From Bigelowiella natans CCMP2755 (lineage: Eukaryota > Protista > Cercozoa), in the NCBI GenBank assembly GCA_000320545.1, contig ADNK01003439.1:1-35914 (forward strand): a stretch of DNA of 35,914 nt, read 5' to 3'. A model generated the notes under the pieces. That model saw nothing but the letters and a program-made list of their open reading frames with translations, did not search any database and was not told where the DNA came from. Both the position numbers and the translations under genes were made by a program. Shown piece by piece: positions 13,152 through 30,692 of this stretch. Position 1 is the first letter of the stretch, and each line of letters starts with the position of its first letter.

Positions 13152-13606
13152 AACCATTGAAAAGAAGCTAATCACTTTTTCATTTCTTATGTCCGTCTTA
13201 TGTACAGCAGAATGACAAACGGCATGTGGAGGAGTATTATAAAGCATTGTAGTGAGCGAGACCACACACCTCAAAATCAATTACAAAGCGTTGGTGTCGA
13301 TCGATATGCGAGAGCGTGGATATATATTACTCACGAATGCATGCACAGCATGACGAGTATTCACGTGCTTTCTTGCAGCGCAGAAGCCTCATGCACGCGA
13401 ATGTGCGTGGCTTTGAGGATGAACGCTTACAATAATGATAAAATCTGTGGACCCTTATGAGGGTCGATGAGATACATGCGCGGACTGACTCTCAATAATG
13501 CAATTATTACAGAAAAACTCAAGTAGGTTTCCGAGTGTCCCTTTCGGCTCAGAACATGTACTAATGTTTAACCTACTCTGATTATTTCGCATTCAGATTT
13601 TCCTTG

Positions 13607-15015
13607 TCATTTATTGGCCTTCTTCCTCCTTTTCTTCTTCTTTTTCTTTTTCCTTTTCTTCTTTATCCTTCTCCTTTTCTTCCTCGCAGCATCGGCCGCA
13701 TCTAAGTCTCGTAAACACCTAATCATGCATGATCCAAAAATCAGAGAAGGTAAAGAGGGGCATATAAAGACTTAATTGTCGCACGAAACACGTAAATTCG
13801 AACAACTCATCTCACGAAAGATTCTAACATACCTTTCTTCAGCTTGGCGCTGATAGTCTGCCATGGTTTCTCCACTATGTGCTAACTCTTGTTCATGTTT
13901 GCCAAAGTTGACTTGAAGTCTTCCGTCATGGATCCATGGCTGTATCTCATCTATAAAATCTGTTCAAACATTCCAGATAAATGATCAGAAATAATCGAAA
14001 ACGAGTTACTAGGTAAAGGCACAAGAGCTATGACTAGCTATCTTGTCATTCTTCTGAGCGTAATCACTTCACCTTCCATTTCAAGGCTCCTAAAAATGTT
14101 ACAAAGTCCCAAGGTTTGGCGGCAAATAATGTCTGCCCGAGCACGCACTTTCTCCTTCTTCTCAGCGTTTTCAACGACTGTTATTCTTTTTAAAAAGAGA
14201 TCTTCAAGACCATCTCCGTAGTCGTCGCTGATGTCGAAAAAACAATTCGGAGTGTCCCCTCACGCAAACCATAAGGACAGCATGAGTGTACTGCTAGCTG
14301 CAAACCATACCGAATATCTTCACAATTCTTCTTAAATCCGGTGGAAGGGTGAGTAGCATGGTTCGTATCACAAACATTCTGAGATGAGAGGGGGGGAGGA
14401 GGAAGAGAGGGAGGGCTTGATGAAAAGAACATAGTAATGTACGTTCGAGATTATTATATACCTCAAGAGCTGCATAAACGTCACTTTCACCTCGATGTGC
14501 TTTAAGCTTATTCTCTACACGGAATACTAAGTCTGTTTACAAGAATAGAGGATAGGAGATAAGATTATTACATTATTGGTCCGAAGTCCACGTTCCAAAA
14601 CGTAATGCTACGGATGATGATTATGATGATGCTACCGATGAAGATGAAGAAGGAGAAGATGATGATGATGGTGATGATGATGATGACGAGGAGGTGGAGG
14701 TGAATGACAGGCAATATCACATATAATTTGTAGGCAATGACTGCACAGTCGCCAGTTTTGACGCTTCTGGTTTGATATTCTTTTAATTATTCGAATAAAA
14801 TAGTAGAACGACCGTGGCACGTCCTGCAAAGATTTGCTTGTCGATCGCTGGGTTCCAGCACCAGGCTATTTACCCAATAAACTGTAGATACTTTAAGCTC
14901 ATGCCAAGTACAGATTAGGTATAAAGCTGTTGTTTTCACGACCTGGCTTACACACCGATTGCTTGGCAAGAAGTATCAGAGACGCCAGCACTGCGAGGAT
15001 GCAGTTTTGCAGCAT
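13607..15015 (-). CDS. Secretory-pathway saposin B-type domain protein (Canopy/CNPY-like)
   Basis: Signal peptide MLQNCILAVLASLILLAKQSVCKP. Six spaced Cys in the saposin pattern: LCRTCH|DLVFRVENKLKAHRGESDVYAALE|NVCDTNHATHPSTGFKKNCEDIR|DDYGDGLEDLF...ADIICRQTLGLC. A highly charged low-complexity C-terminal tail follows. Seven GT-AG exons; the last acceptor is ambiguous. Confidence 0.75.
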
Positions 15016-15232
15016 TCTTGATGTCTTATTGGATGAATACTTTATGATGAGTTATAACGAAATTAGTTCATAGGGATTAGTGCGAATGGTTGTATGGTAA
15101 CCGTGTAAATGAGCTCGTCGGGAGGCCTGGCGACCTCCCTCGCTCGTAGTCCAGTGGGATGGGGCTGCGTTTATGAGTCTGTGTTCGTAATCCACTTTCA
15201 GCAATCAAAATTTTTTGTTATTTGTTGCCGCG

Positions 15233-21048
<5,816 letters not shown>

Positions 21049-21865
21049 ACGAATGCATGAGAATCCAGCTGGAGTATGTATGTGTATGCTGAATTGCTGG
21101 CGCATAGATTAAGATGCCATCACCCACCATAAACACAACTTTTGCGATATGTAACATGCTTGAATGCTGTGCCGTGGTCACAATACATGCATGGCTATAT
21201 GCATTGTGTGTGTTCTACCGATGTGCTATACATAATGCCGATGCGTGCGCGGCTACAATGACTGCATAGCTACATCACGCGGCACAATAGCGCTTGTTCA
21301 TTTTCTGCGCATTGTGACAACATGCATCGCCTTTGTCAATTTCGTAACTAGGGGGTTGCACAGGCCCCACTTATTTGTAGTACATGTCGTGAATGCATCG
21401 GTCGCATAAATGTGCGGGCCACGCCTTACGTGTTTCGTTCAACTTAAAACAGGAATCGAACCGCAAATGTCTAGAATGTGGCCCATCACATGGATCATGG
21501 CACAGTAGGGATGCATGAATGATTGATGTTCGTCACTTAAAAACGTGATGTGCGTTAATGTGAAGATCACAAAGGAGAACAAAAAGTGCTAGAGATCTTT
21601 GTTCAAAATGTTATCTTTGCCACCCTTAAAATTTTCCGTTGATTATCCATTGTTAATATTGCCGATTGATTGAATCTAGAATGCAGTTAAAGCTAAATTT
21701 GAGGACTCGTGATTCTCTTTTGGTAACTAATTTTTTAAGTGTAAATGACCGAATTCTTGCCAAAACGTTAACAATAAAGTATTAAAACTATTTTTTACGT
21801 CTAGCTATTTCAATATTGAATCATCTCAAAAGAAGATATGCAAAGCAAAAATATGTGTAACATTA

Positions 21866-22995
21866 TTATTCCACGGATCCTACCGTGGGATTGGAGTTGA
21901 TAGGCTGGGGATGGACAGTTGAAATGCCACCACCTCCTGCTGTGAGAGCATTTCCAGAGTAGAATGTAACATAAACGTACACCCCTGCAGCTATTGCCCC
22001 TACACCAGCCACACCTCCTACCACACCACCTGCGATAGCCTAAAAGATTGTATAATAATATTAATGTGAGTCACTATCATCCTATCCTCTCACCCCCCTC
22101 ACTTTCTCCTACACTATTGTGTGTCATTCATCATTGCAGTCATTGTGAGCATCGAATATGAAGACAACCGCTGTATTATCGGCGGAACCACCGCCTCCGC
22201 CGCCGCCTCCTTCGCTCGATCCAACGCTAGTCGGTGATGAAGCAGGTGGTGTAGTCGGTGGTGTAGTCGGTGGTGTAGTCGGTGCGACGGAAGGCACGGA
22301 AACCACGATGGGACTCGAGGTAGTAGGAGAGCATGTGGAAGGGCTCAAGCTTGTTGGTGATTTGGAAGGGCTCAGTGTAGTTGGGGAGCCTACATTATAG
22401 ATACAGGGATGTCAAAGTAGCCTTGATGTGCTCATGATAAGCGTGCAAAAGGAGGATGGCGAAATTCAACCAAATTAAAGTTTTCAGTAGATTTACACAT
22501 AATGATGAGTGCATGTATGATGATTTAGGTGATCGTTAAGACACTGTACTTGTTGGGGACACGGTTGTAGGCGATGCTGTAGAATAATACGCAAAAGTCA
22601 ATATGTATCACATTTTCCTCATTGCTAGAAGTAGCCTGACTGCTCATATTTACACAACGATATTGAAATTTCATCTCTCACTTACTCGTGGATGGGCTGA
22701 TAGTTGGTGTTTGCGATGGAGCGACAGTTGTCGGGTTGGTTGTGACGATGTCCATGCAAGCGCAAACCTAAAGAAAAGAGCACCAAACGACCGATATGAG
22801 CGAGAATTACCTCCAGCTTTTCAATAAAACAGCATAAATAAAAGGGAATTCATGATCGTTTTTGTTTCATTCTAACTACGGATGAATTCTTGGTGTATAC
22901 ATATGCATAGTCAGCGCAGCCAACGTTCGTTGCTACATTTGCCGCCTAAAGTTAGGGCGAAAAGTTGCAAACACAAACACAAACACAAACACACA

Positions 22996-23034
<39 letters not shown>

Positions 23035-23502
23035 AAGATTCAAGATTAATAAAGAAAATTAATCTAAATAAAACAATACACTGGATTTTGAGTTAAGAAG
23101 AGAATACATATGTAAATGGCTCCAGAATTAAATTGCAAGTAGACACTTACATTGAATAGTAAAGTGGATGTTGTAGAATCATAAGCGCAGGCTGATGGTA
23201 AGTTTGATGTGGTTGGAGAGACTGAAGTTATTGTTGGCGTAGGGGGAGGGTACTTCCCAGCAATTGTAGGGGCGGCCTGCAAGCATGTAGCCGCGTCTGG
23301 AATATCTGCATAATTGTTTGCACCGATGCAAATTGGAGAATTGTCTTGTGAAAACTGTAATAATGAAATAAGTCGTTGTCATCATCTCCATCTGCAACCT
23401 TGTGATAACGATTTTCGTTCGACTTACTGCATGCAATCCTGACTCCACAACAACCCACAGCCCTGTGATGAGGAGATATGCTATTAGCCTTTGGTTGACC
23501 AT
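21866..23502 (-). CDS. Type I membrane (cell-surface) protein: signal peptide, small Cys-rich domain, Pro/Thr/Ser stalk, TM helix, short cytosolic tail
   Basis: MVNQRLIAYLLITGLWVVVESGLHA|FSQDNSPICIGANNYADIPDAATCLQAAPTIAG...LPSACAYDSTTSTLLFN|AANVATNVGC...|VCACMDIVTTNPTTVAPSQTPTISPST...SPTTLSPSKSPTSLSPST...PTTPPTTPPTTPP...GGGGGGGGSADNTA|AIAGGVVGGVAGVGAIAAGVYVYVTFY...GSVE-stop (TAA at 21866-21868). Confidence 0.8.
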
Positions 23503-23799
23503 CTACCCAAGGGGACTCAGGCAGTGATCCCCCCCAGCCGCTGTTGACGTTGTGGCCTCCTGAGATACGTTTCACCCTTCTTATTTTGGTGTGCAAATAT
23601 GGTCCATTTATATTCTACGACAACTAATTCATGCTACCGGAGTAGTACCGAGAACCTAAACCTGTGGTTTTCTGCGATTAAATCCGAATACGTGATTGCT
23701 TTCCATGTCTCTACATAAAGTGCTCAGTCATTCAATGGGGGGATCTACGAATTATTCTTTAATTTGAAAAGTAGTGAAAAAAATATCGGTGGAAACTCA

Positions 23800-23809
23800 T
23801 TCGCGCGAA
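23800..23809. promoter_or_regulatory. Palindromic E2F/MCB-like element TTCGCGCGAA upstream of POLA1
   Basis: A perfect 10 bp palindrome about 255 bp upstream of the POLA1 ATG, in the divergent spacer. POLA1 is a classical G1/S E2F/MBF target in other eukaryotes. Confidence 0.35.
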
Positions 23810-24063
23810 CAACCAAATAAAGCCATATGCATAGTAAAATACGACATATTAGCAACTTGCGACATCAAAAAATATTTAAATCCACAATCCTACCGTAAGC
23901 TAGCGAGCGGGACAACACGAAGCTGAGCATTCCAGAATGAAATTTCCTTGAGACATGAAGTAATTGTTGTCGCAGTAAAGAGATCTAGGATGTTTCTGTA
24001 TCTCGTCTGCGCGGGTAACCCTTCCCGTCCACATATCACCCGTAAGGCGTACAGGGGCGAAAG

Positions 24064-27000
24064 ATGAGTACGCGCAGGACCAGGGAGAGAAAGGATAAGA
24101 ATGCTGATGTATTCGAGGCCCTCAAAGCAGCTCGAGAGGGGAAAGGCATGGTTCCTTCGGAGTATCAAGTGGTAAGAGAATATCCAATTTATTCACATAT
24201 CTATTGTCTTCAAGTTTTGTTGCTCTACTCATACATCAGGGAGCTGATGAGGAGGACGTGTATGATGAGGTTACTCAAAAAGAGTACGAGCAGTTGGTTG
24301 CCCAACGGAGGGAGATGGATGATTTTGTCGTGGATGATGATGGATTGTACGCTGATGATGGAGAGGAGTTTTGGGATGACGATGCTCCAAATAAAAACCA
24401 GAGGAAGCAGCAACGAAAATTGGGTATGTAATCAACAAAGCACTAGTGGCCAAAAGAAGGATGCCTTACATACAGATGCATTATGTAATTCCCATAATGC
24501 ACATTGGAGTAGTATTCAGTATATGCGAGCGCTGTCGATCATTTACGTTAAAAAATGACAAGCGACTGGCTCGATTAATTAGGAAAGCGCGGGAACAGAC
24601 CCAGAGTAAAAAAGGCAGCTGAGATAAAAAAAATTGATGCAAGATTTCTTCGCGGAGGGACAACTGCTGCCCAGGTATACTTGAACCAGTACCCCACGAT
24701 AAACTTTTATTCTATCACAGTCGCTCAGTCTCTCTGGTTTTAGGCAAGTCTAGATGTTGAGGCAGAAGAGGACGCCATGCTCGATAAGTTGCTTGAGGGT
24801 ATGGAAGAGGATGACGACGAGGAGATTGATGGTGCGTGATTACGATTATGTTGAAAAAGGCCTTCTATATTTAATCCGACATAACCTGAACATCGTGTAC
24901 ACCATGTTAGATGTGGCAAATATGGCTGCTGTAACAAACGCAAAGCTTCAGGATATGGCTATTTTCGCCCCTCAATCCAAGATCGGAGATGTGGTGATAG
25001 AAGAAAAAGAAGAAACGACGCTTGTGTTGTCCTATGCGTTAGTCTTTTTGATCCTACTTAACTCATGCAATTTCCTGCAATTAGAACGAAGTGGAAAACG
25101 AAATTGAAAAGCTTGCGAGCACCATTCAGAGGCACAACAAACGAAAGTGATAATAATTTAATAGAAAGTCTGAACATAGTACATCAAGCAGACGGGCGAA
25201 TGTTATTTCTGTTAGAATGTTATTATATCATAAAACTATCGTAAAACATCTGAATCTTTACTTTCTTGTGATGTCAGGCGGCAGGTTGGGGAGCCAGCAT
25301 CTGAAAGAGGCAACGACAACGAAATATCAGAAATGATTGAGGATGATAATGAAGATCAGAACCAAGACAGTGATGGCGAGGATTGTATCGGTGACAACGT
25401 ACCTGCTCCTCATAGCGGCGATGATGGTAAAGGGGATGATGGTGATGATGATGATAACTATGCTGAGGGAAATGATGACAAAGCGGAAATAAAGACTGCT
25501 GGGGGACTAGAGGGAAACGATGGGATTTCTGCCGCAGGAAAGAAGAAAGCTACATCGTCGACATCTGGCGATATTCCACGAGCTGCTGTTGCATCATCGT
25601 CATCATCCTCTTCATCATACAAGCTTAGTGCCGCTTTCGACAAAGTCACAGCGAGCTCCGATAAGACATTGATGCGTGACGGTGGTCTATTCATGTACTA
25701 TTACGACTCTTATTTTGAACGTTACGCTGAGGATGACAGAGTTTACCTCTTCGGAAAAGCCATTATTGGTGGTGGCAACAATCATCATCGCCGTAAAAGC
25801 GTAAGCGTCTGCCTTACTGTGGAGAACATGGAACGGAACATCTATGTACTACCCAGAAAATACTTTCAAACCGACCCAAATGACCCCACAACCGCCACAA
25901 AAAGAGAGGTCAGTATTGTTGACGTTTACAAAGAAATTGCAGCCATCTTCAAAAGGAAGGGCATTTCTCCCTTCAAAAGCAAGAAGGTAGAGCGCAACTT
26001 CTGTTTTGAGCAGCCACGGGTGACGACTTTGGGGGACAAGATGTCTGGCGAAGAGGTTCGACATGTGCCTGCTGTGGCTCCCAATACTGCATTCCTCAAG
26101 GTTGTCTACTCATTCAAATTTCCGGCACTTCCTCGCGATCTCAAGGGTCAGACCTTTGAGTGCGTGTTTGGCACTGGAAGCTCACAGTTGGAGCTTCTAT
26201 TGCTCAAACGTGAATTAATGGGACCTTGCTGGCTTCGTATTGAAAAGCCCGAGCGATGCGCTGTGAGCGACTGCCTGAGCTGGTGTAAGTACGAGTTCAA
26301 GATTAAGGATCACAAACTGATATCTAGGCTCCCCAACCCTCAGCCCCCAGCACCTCCTTTCAGCATCACTAGCTTAGCGATAAAGACGAGGCTCAACCCT
26401 GTCACCCATGGCCATGAAGTCGCAGTCGTGTCCTTAAGGAAACTAAAATCGACTGATGTAGACGGTCCCCTTCCAGCACGATGGCAACTAGAGAGTGAGG
26501 TTATGTCAATGGCCTGCAAGCTTGAGGGAAAAGCCTGGCCTTACGATCTTCTTGTTGCTGAGCGTCGACATCGCGCCGCGGCAGCTTCATCTTCTGGGAA
26601 GAAGAAGGGGACTGTTGCAGCACCCAAGATCATCAAGCACCCGAATGAGCGTGCTTTGCTCAATTTTCTGGCGAATAAAATACATAGTTGGGACCCCGAT
26701 ATCATCGTCGCGCATGAGCTTCATGGATTTGTCATTGACGTTCTGATTGGGAGAATGGCCCACCATAAGGTACAGTACTGGTCACGACTGGGCCGTCTGC
26801 GTAAGTCTCGCTTCCCGCGCTCCTCTGCGAGAGGAGGCCTGTCGCTCGTCGACTTTGGAGTCGGTTCTGGTCGGCTCCTCGTCGACACGCAAGTCTGCGC
26901 CAAGGAATTCGTCCGTGAAAACACCTATACGCTCTCGCATCTTGCCAAGACAAGGCTTAATGAGTACCGACAAGAAATAGGTGCGGCAGAGGTAGAGAAG

Positions 27001-29649
27001 GCCTACGCATCAGGAGATGCATTCCTGAAGGTCGTTGGCCACACGGAGGAAGATAGCGAACTGACCTTAAGGCTTGCTGACGCACTCCAGGCAATACCTC
27101 TTACGAAGCAGCTTACTTCAATCTCAGGAAACCAATGGAGCAGATCCCTCAGATCAGCAAGGGCAGAGAGGGTAGAGTACCTACTGCTTCATCGCTTCCA
27201 TCGCCTCAAATACATCGTCCCTGAGAAACTGACAGGCCGCGAAAGGCGTGAAAAAATGGCCAAGAAGAATAAGGAGCTCGGTCTCGACAACGATGGCGAC
27301 AATAAGAATAGTAGTAGTTCAAAAAAGCGAAGGAAGAAACCCAAGTACGAAGGTGGGTTGGTCTTGGAACCCAAGAAAGGATTCTACGATAAATACGTCC
27401 TGCTACTTGACTTCAACAGTCTTTACCCCTCTATCATCCTAGAGTTTGATCTCTGCTTCACGACCGTACGTCATTGGGAACCACTCTCCCCTGGCGAACA
27501 AGCTTCTTTACCTCTCCGCGACAAGGACCATCGCGGCATTCTGCCCAAAGTCATCAAACAGCTGCTGAGTAGGCGCCGAGTCGTGAAAAAACTGATGAAG
27601 CAGGAGCGTAATCCAGCTAAAAAGAAGGTCCTTGATATCAGACAGAAAGCCATTAAGCTGGTCGCCAACAGGTAGTAGTAGTCACCACTTGTTGAAGAAC
27701 AAGTTTATAATTCAATGCGTGTGTGTGTGTGTGAGCGTGTGTTCTGTGTATATTATACATTTGATGGATACACATAATATCATGGGCACGCATATCTTGT
27801 AATGTGAATACATTTTATGGCATATATGTTGTCATAAACACGTTATCTTCTAGAATCTGTTCTGCTCTTCATCACTGGTTAACTCCTCCTTTTCTTACCC
27901 CCCCCCCCCCCTCAGCATGTACGGATGCCTTGGATTTTCTAGCTCTAGGTTCTTCTGCCAACCACTGGCTTCACTGATCACGTCTCAGGGACGAAGCATC
28001 CTTGAACGCACCAAACAGCTTGCTGAAAGTTCTCTCTCCCTCGAGGTAATATACGGCGACACCGACTCGATCATGATATACACCGACAGCGAGGACTACG
28101 AGGGGGTGATGAGACTGGGTGGTAAAGTCAAGGCCGAAGTGAACAAGCTCTATCGTGATCTGACGATCGACATCGACGGCGTGTACAAGAAAATGCTGCT
28201 TTTGCGCAAGAAGAAGTATGCTGCTCTTGCCATAGAGCGTAATCCTGATGGTCTCCTTGAAGCAACGAAGGAAACCAAAGGCCTGGATCTTGTACGAAGA
28301 GACTGGTCACAGCTCTCGAAAAGCACCGGGAACTTCGTACTAGATCGCATATTGAGCGGTGATTCACGCGAAGAGGTCGTTGATAAGATCCTGACCCACC
28401 TACAGGAGGTGAAAGAACAAGTGCAAGCACGCAAGATACCCCTTGGTCGCTTTGTAATTACCAAAGGCCTTACAAAACATCCTAATGACTACCCAGACGC
28501 TAAGTCACAGCCACACGTAATGGTTGCCAAGAGAATGCTAGCGGCTAGCCAACCAGTGCGTGTAGGAGCATACATCCCTTACATTGTGTGCGAAGGTGAC
28601 AAGGCTGTTGCACAAAGGTCCTTCCACATCGACGAGGTGAGGAAATCTGCAGGAGAGCTCAAAGTAGACAGCAAGTGGTATCTTTCGAACCAAGTGTTCC
28701 CACCCATTGCCAGACTGTGCGCTCCTATCAAGGAAATCGCCGCTGCTCAGATCGCTGAGAGCCTTGGCCTCGACGGGAAGAAGTATTTGAGCTATGATCG
28801 TAGCAATGATGGAGGAGGGGGAGATGACGTCATCTTTGCCACTACAGCATCTATCCAGGACGATGCAGATCGTTTCAAAAGCTGCGAATCGCTAAAGCTT
28901 CCTTGCAAGTGCGGCGTCCACAGAAAATTTGATGGTATCTTTGATTTGTGTACCTCATCGTCGTCATCGTCATCGTCTTCGTTCTCATGCCCAACAAGTG
29001 GCTGCGATGGGATGATCGGTAAAGATAGGGAAGAAGGCACTTCACGGGCAATGAATGCCATCGCATCGGCAGCAAGAAAGCACCTCCTTGAGTATCATGA
29101 AGGGTGGTTTCAGTGCAAGAATCCTGTCTGTAGAAGACTCACACGCACCATGCCTTTGGGAAGCGCAAAGTGCCGTGCTTGTCACGAGGGACTTGAGAGA
29201 AAGTCCACAGAGGCCAACCTCTACACGCAGCTTGTTTACTTCCAAAGCTTGTTTGATATGGAGAGGGCCCAGAAGAAGCTCGAGGCAGAGAACAAAGAAA
29301 GGAAGGAAAAGGGGAAGGAAGAACTCAAGTTGGATCTCAAGCCAGATGAGGTCGCCTTTTGCAACGACCTTCACAGGTAGTAGTGATAGTAGTGTTAGTA
29401 GTAGTAGTCGTAGTAGTAGTAGGAGGAGGAGGAGGAGGAGGAGGTTGGTTGGTTGCGTGGTAGTTCTAATAGCTAACAACATGCTTCTTGCTGCAGCTAA
29501 CAACGCAAATTTGGTTCCACGTCGCAGCATTGATATTGATTATCTTCCTTTTCATCATGATTTGTAGGTTTGTGACCGACAGATACATCAATAAGAATGG
29601 ATTCAATTACATCAATCTGGGAGCGCTTTTCACGAGCATCTTCGGCTAA
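24064..29649 (+). CDS. POLA1: DNA polymerase alpha catalytic subunit (family B)
   Basis: The N-terminal Pol alpha motif VYDEVTQKEYEQLVAQRREMDDFVVDDDGLYADDGEE lies in exon 24240-24423, followed by a CIP-box-like MLDKLLEGM. Large exons 25278-27671 and 27916-29376 carry YEGGLVLEPKKGFYDKYVLLLDFNSLYPSII (region II), RQKAIKLVAN|SMYGCLGF (region III), VIYGDTDSIM (region I), KKKYAAL, KGLDLVRRDW and YPDAKSQPHV, plus two C-terminal Cys clusters. The last exon 29568-29649 encodes FVTDRYINKNGFNYINLGALFTSIFG-stop. Confidence 0.98.
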
Positions 29650-30692
29650 GAACACTCTGTACCACTTACTTTCGGTTCAGCTAAGCAGGGATGATGATGA
29701 TGGGAGATAAATTATTGCCGTATATAACAAAAAAACGTATCGAAGAAAAACGACGGTTATTTGTTTGTTTTCTCAGAAGAATCATGTATCGCATTATTAA
29801 TATCTTCAACTCTTTCACTCACTCACAGCTACTTTATACAATTTGCGCATCTATACGCTGTAGAATTATGCAACTGCTGTGGAGTAGTGTATTCCTCGAT
29901 GCTGCCACATCTGCTCGCTGGACTTAATGTCCATGTGCCAAAATGCATAGTAGCATGCCGCGCGTAATTAAACATGTCCATATGTGTACGACTGAATAAG
30001 TCAGCACGCGCGCTAGCGCGTATAATGATACATAAAGTGATCAACATATTTATTAAATTCAATAAATATATTTTTATTAAATTTGTATGATTTCAGCAAT
30101 GTAATTTAGGAATGCTAGAATGACATATACTTATTTCATTTTGTTATGATGACCCATGCTAGCATGCAAGTAAAGTACGACCATAACATAGCTACATACA
30201 CATTACACACTGAGAAGAGTGTGTAATAAGCAGCTTTATTTTTATTTGGAGATGCAGCGCTAGAGCGCTTCTGTTATGCGTATTGCTTAGCTGCAGCAAT
30301 GGTCTAGATAGCAGGCGATAATGGCGCGGCTACTATACCTACTCTCGATCTCGATGCGGTTCATAGCCAACATGCAGGTCTTCGCTTGACCGCTGCTCTA
30401 ATGAGCAGCCGCCTGTGTCCAGGAAGCTATGGAACACGTGTGTGCACATGTGTGTGCAACATGCATGTTAGCCAGCGCTCTCAGCGCTGTATACACTATA
30501 CATGGCATCTGCAACGTAGTAATAACGTACACATATCTTCAACAAGACTTTTCTACACATTGCATTTGTCTCGCATATTGTGCTATGCTTGTCAATACCT
30601 GGCTATTCAGCACAGTACTCATATCTCATGCATATTCAAATGGCAGCTATGTGAACACATCACTCGTTGCAAAATATGTCCGCACGTTGGCG

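Noticed and set aside
15111-15145. GC-rich hairpin (GGGAGG...CCTCCC) in the divergent promoter as an ncRNA or tRNA
   Set aside because: The stem is only 6 bp, with no cloverleaf or Pol III boxes.
25333-29380. Viral or Polinton-type family B polymerase, suggested by the long intronless ORFs
   Set aside because: The Pol alpha-specific N-terminal motif, C-terminal Cys clusters and spliceosomal introns identify cellular POLA1. No integrase, capsid gene or terminal repeats are present.
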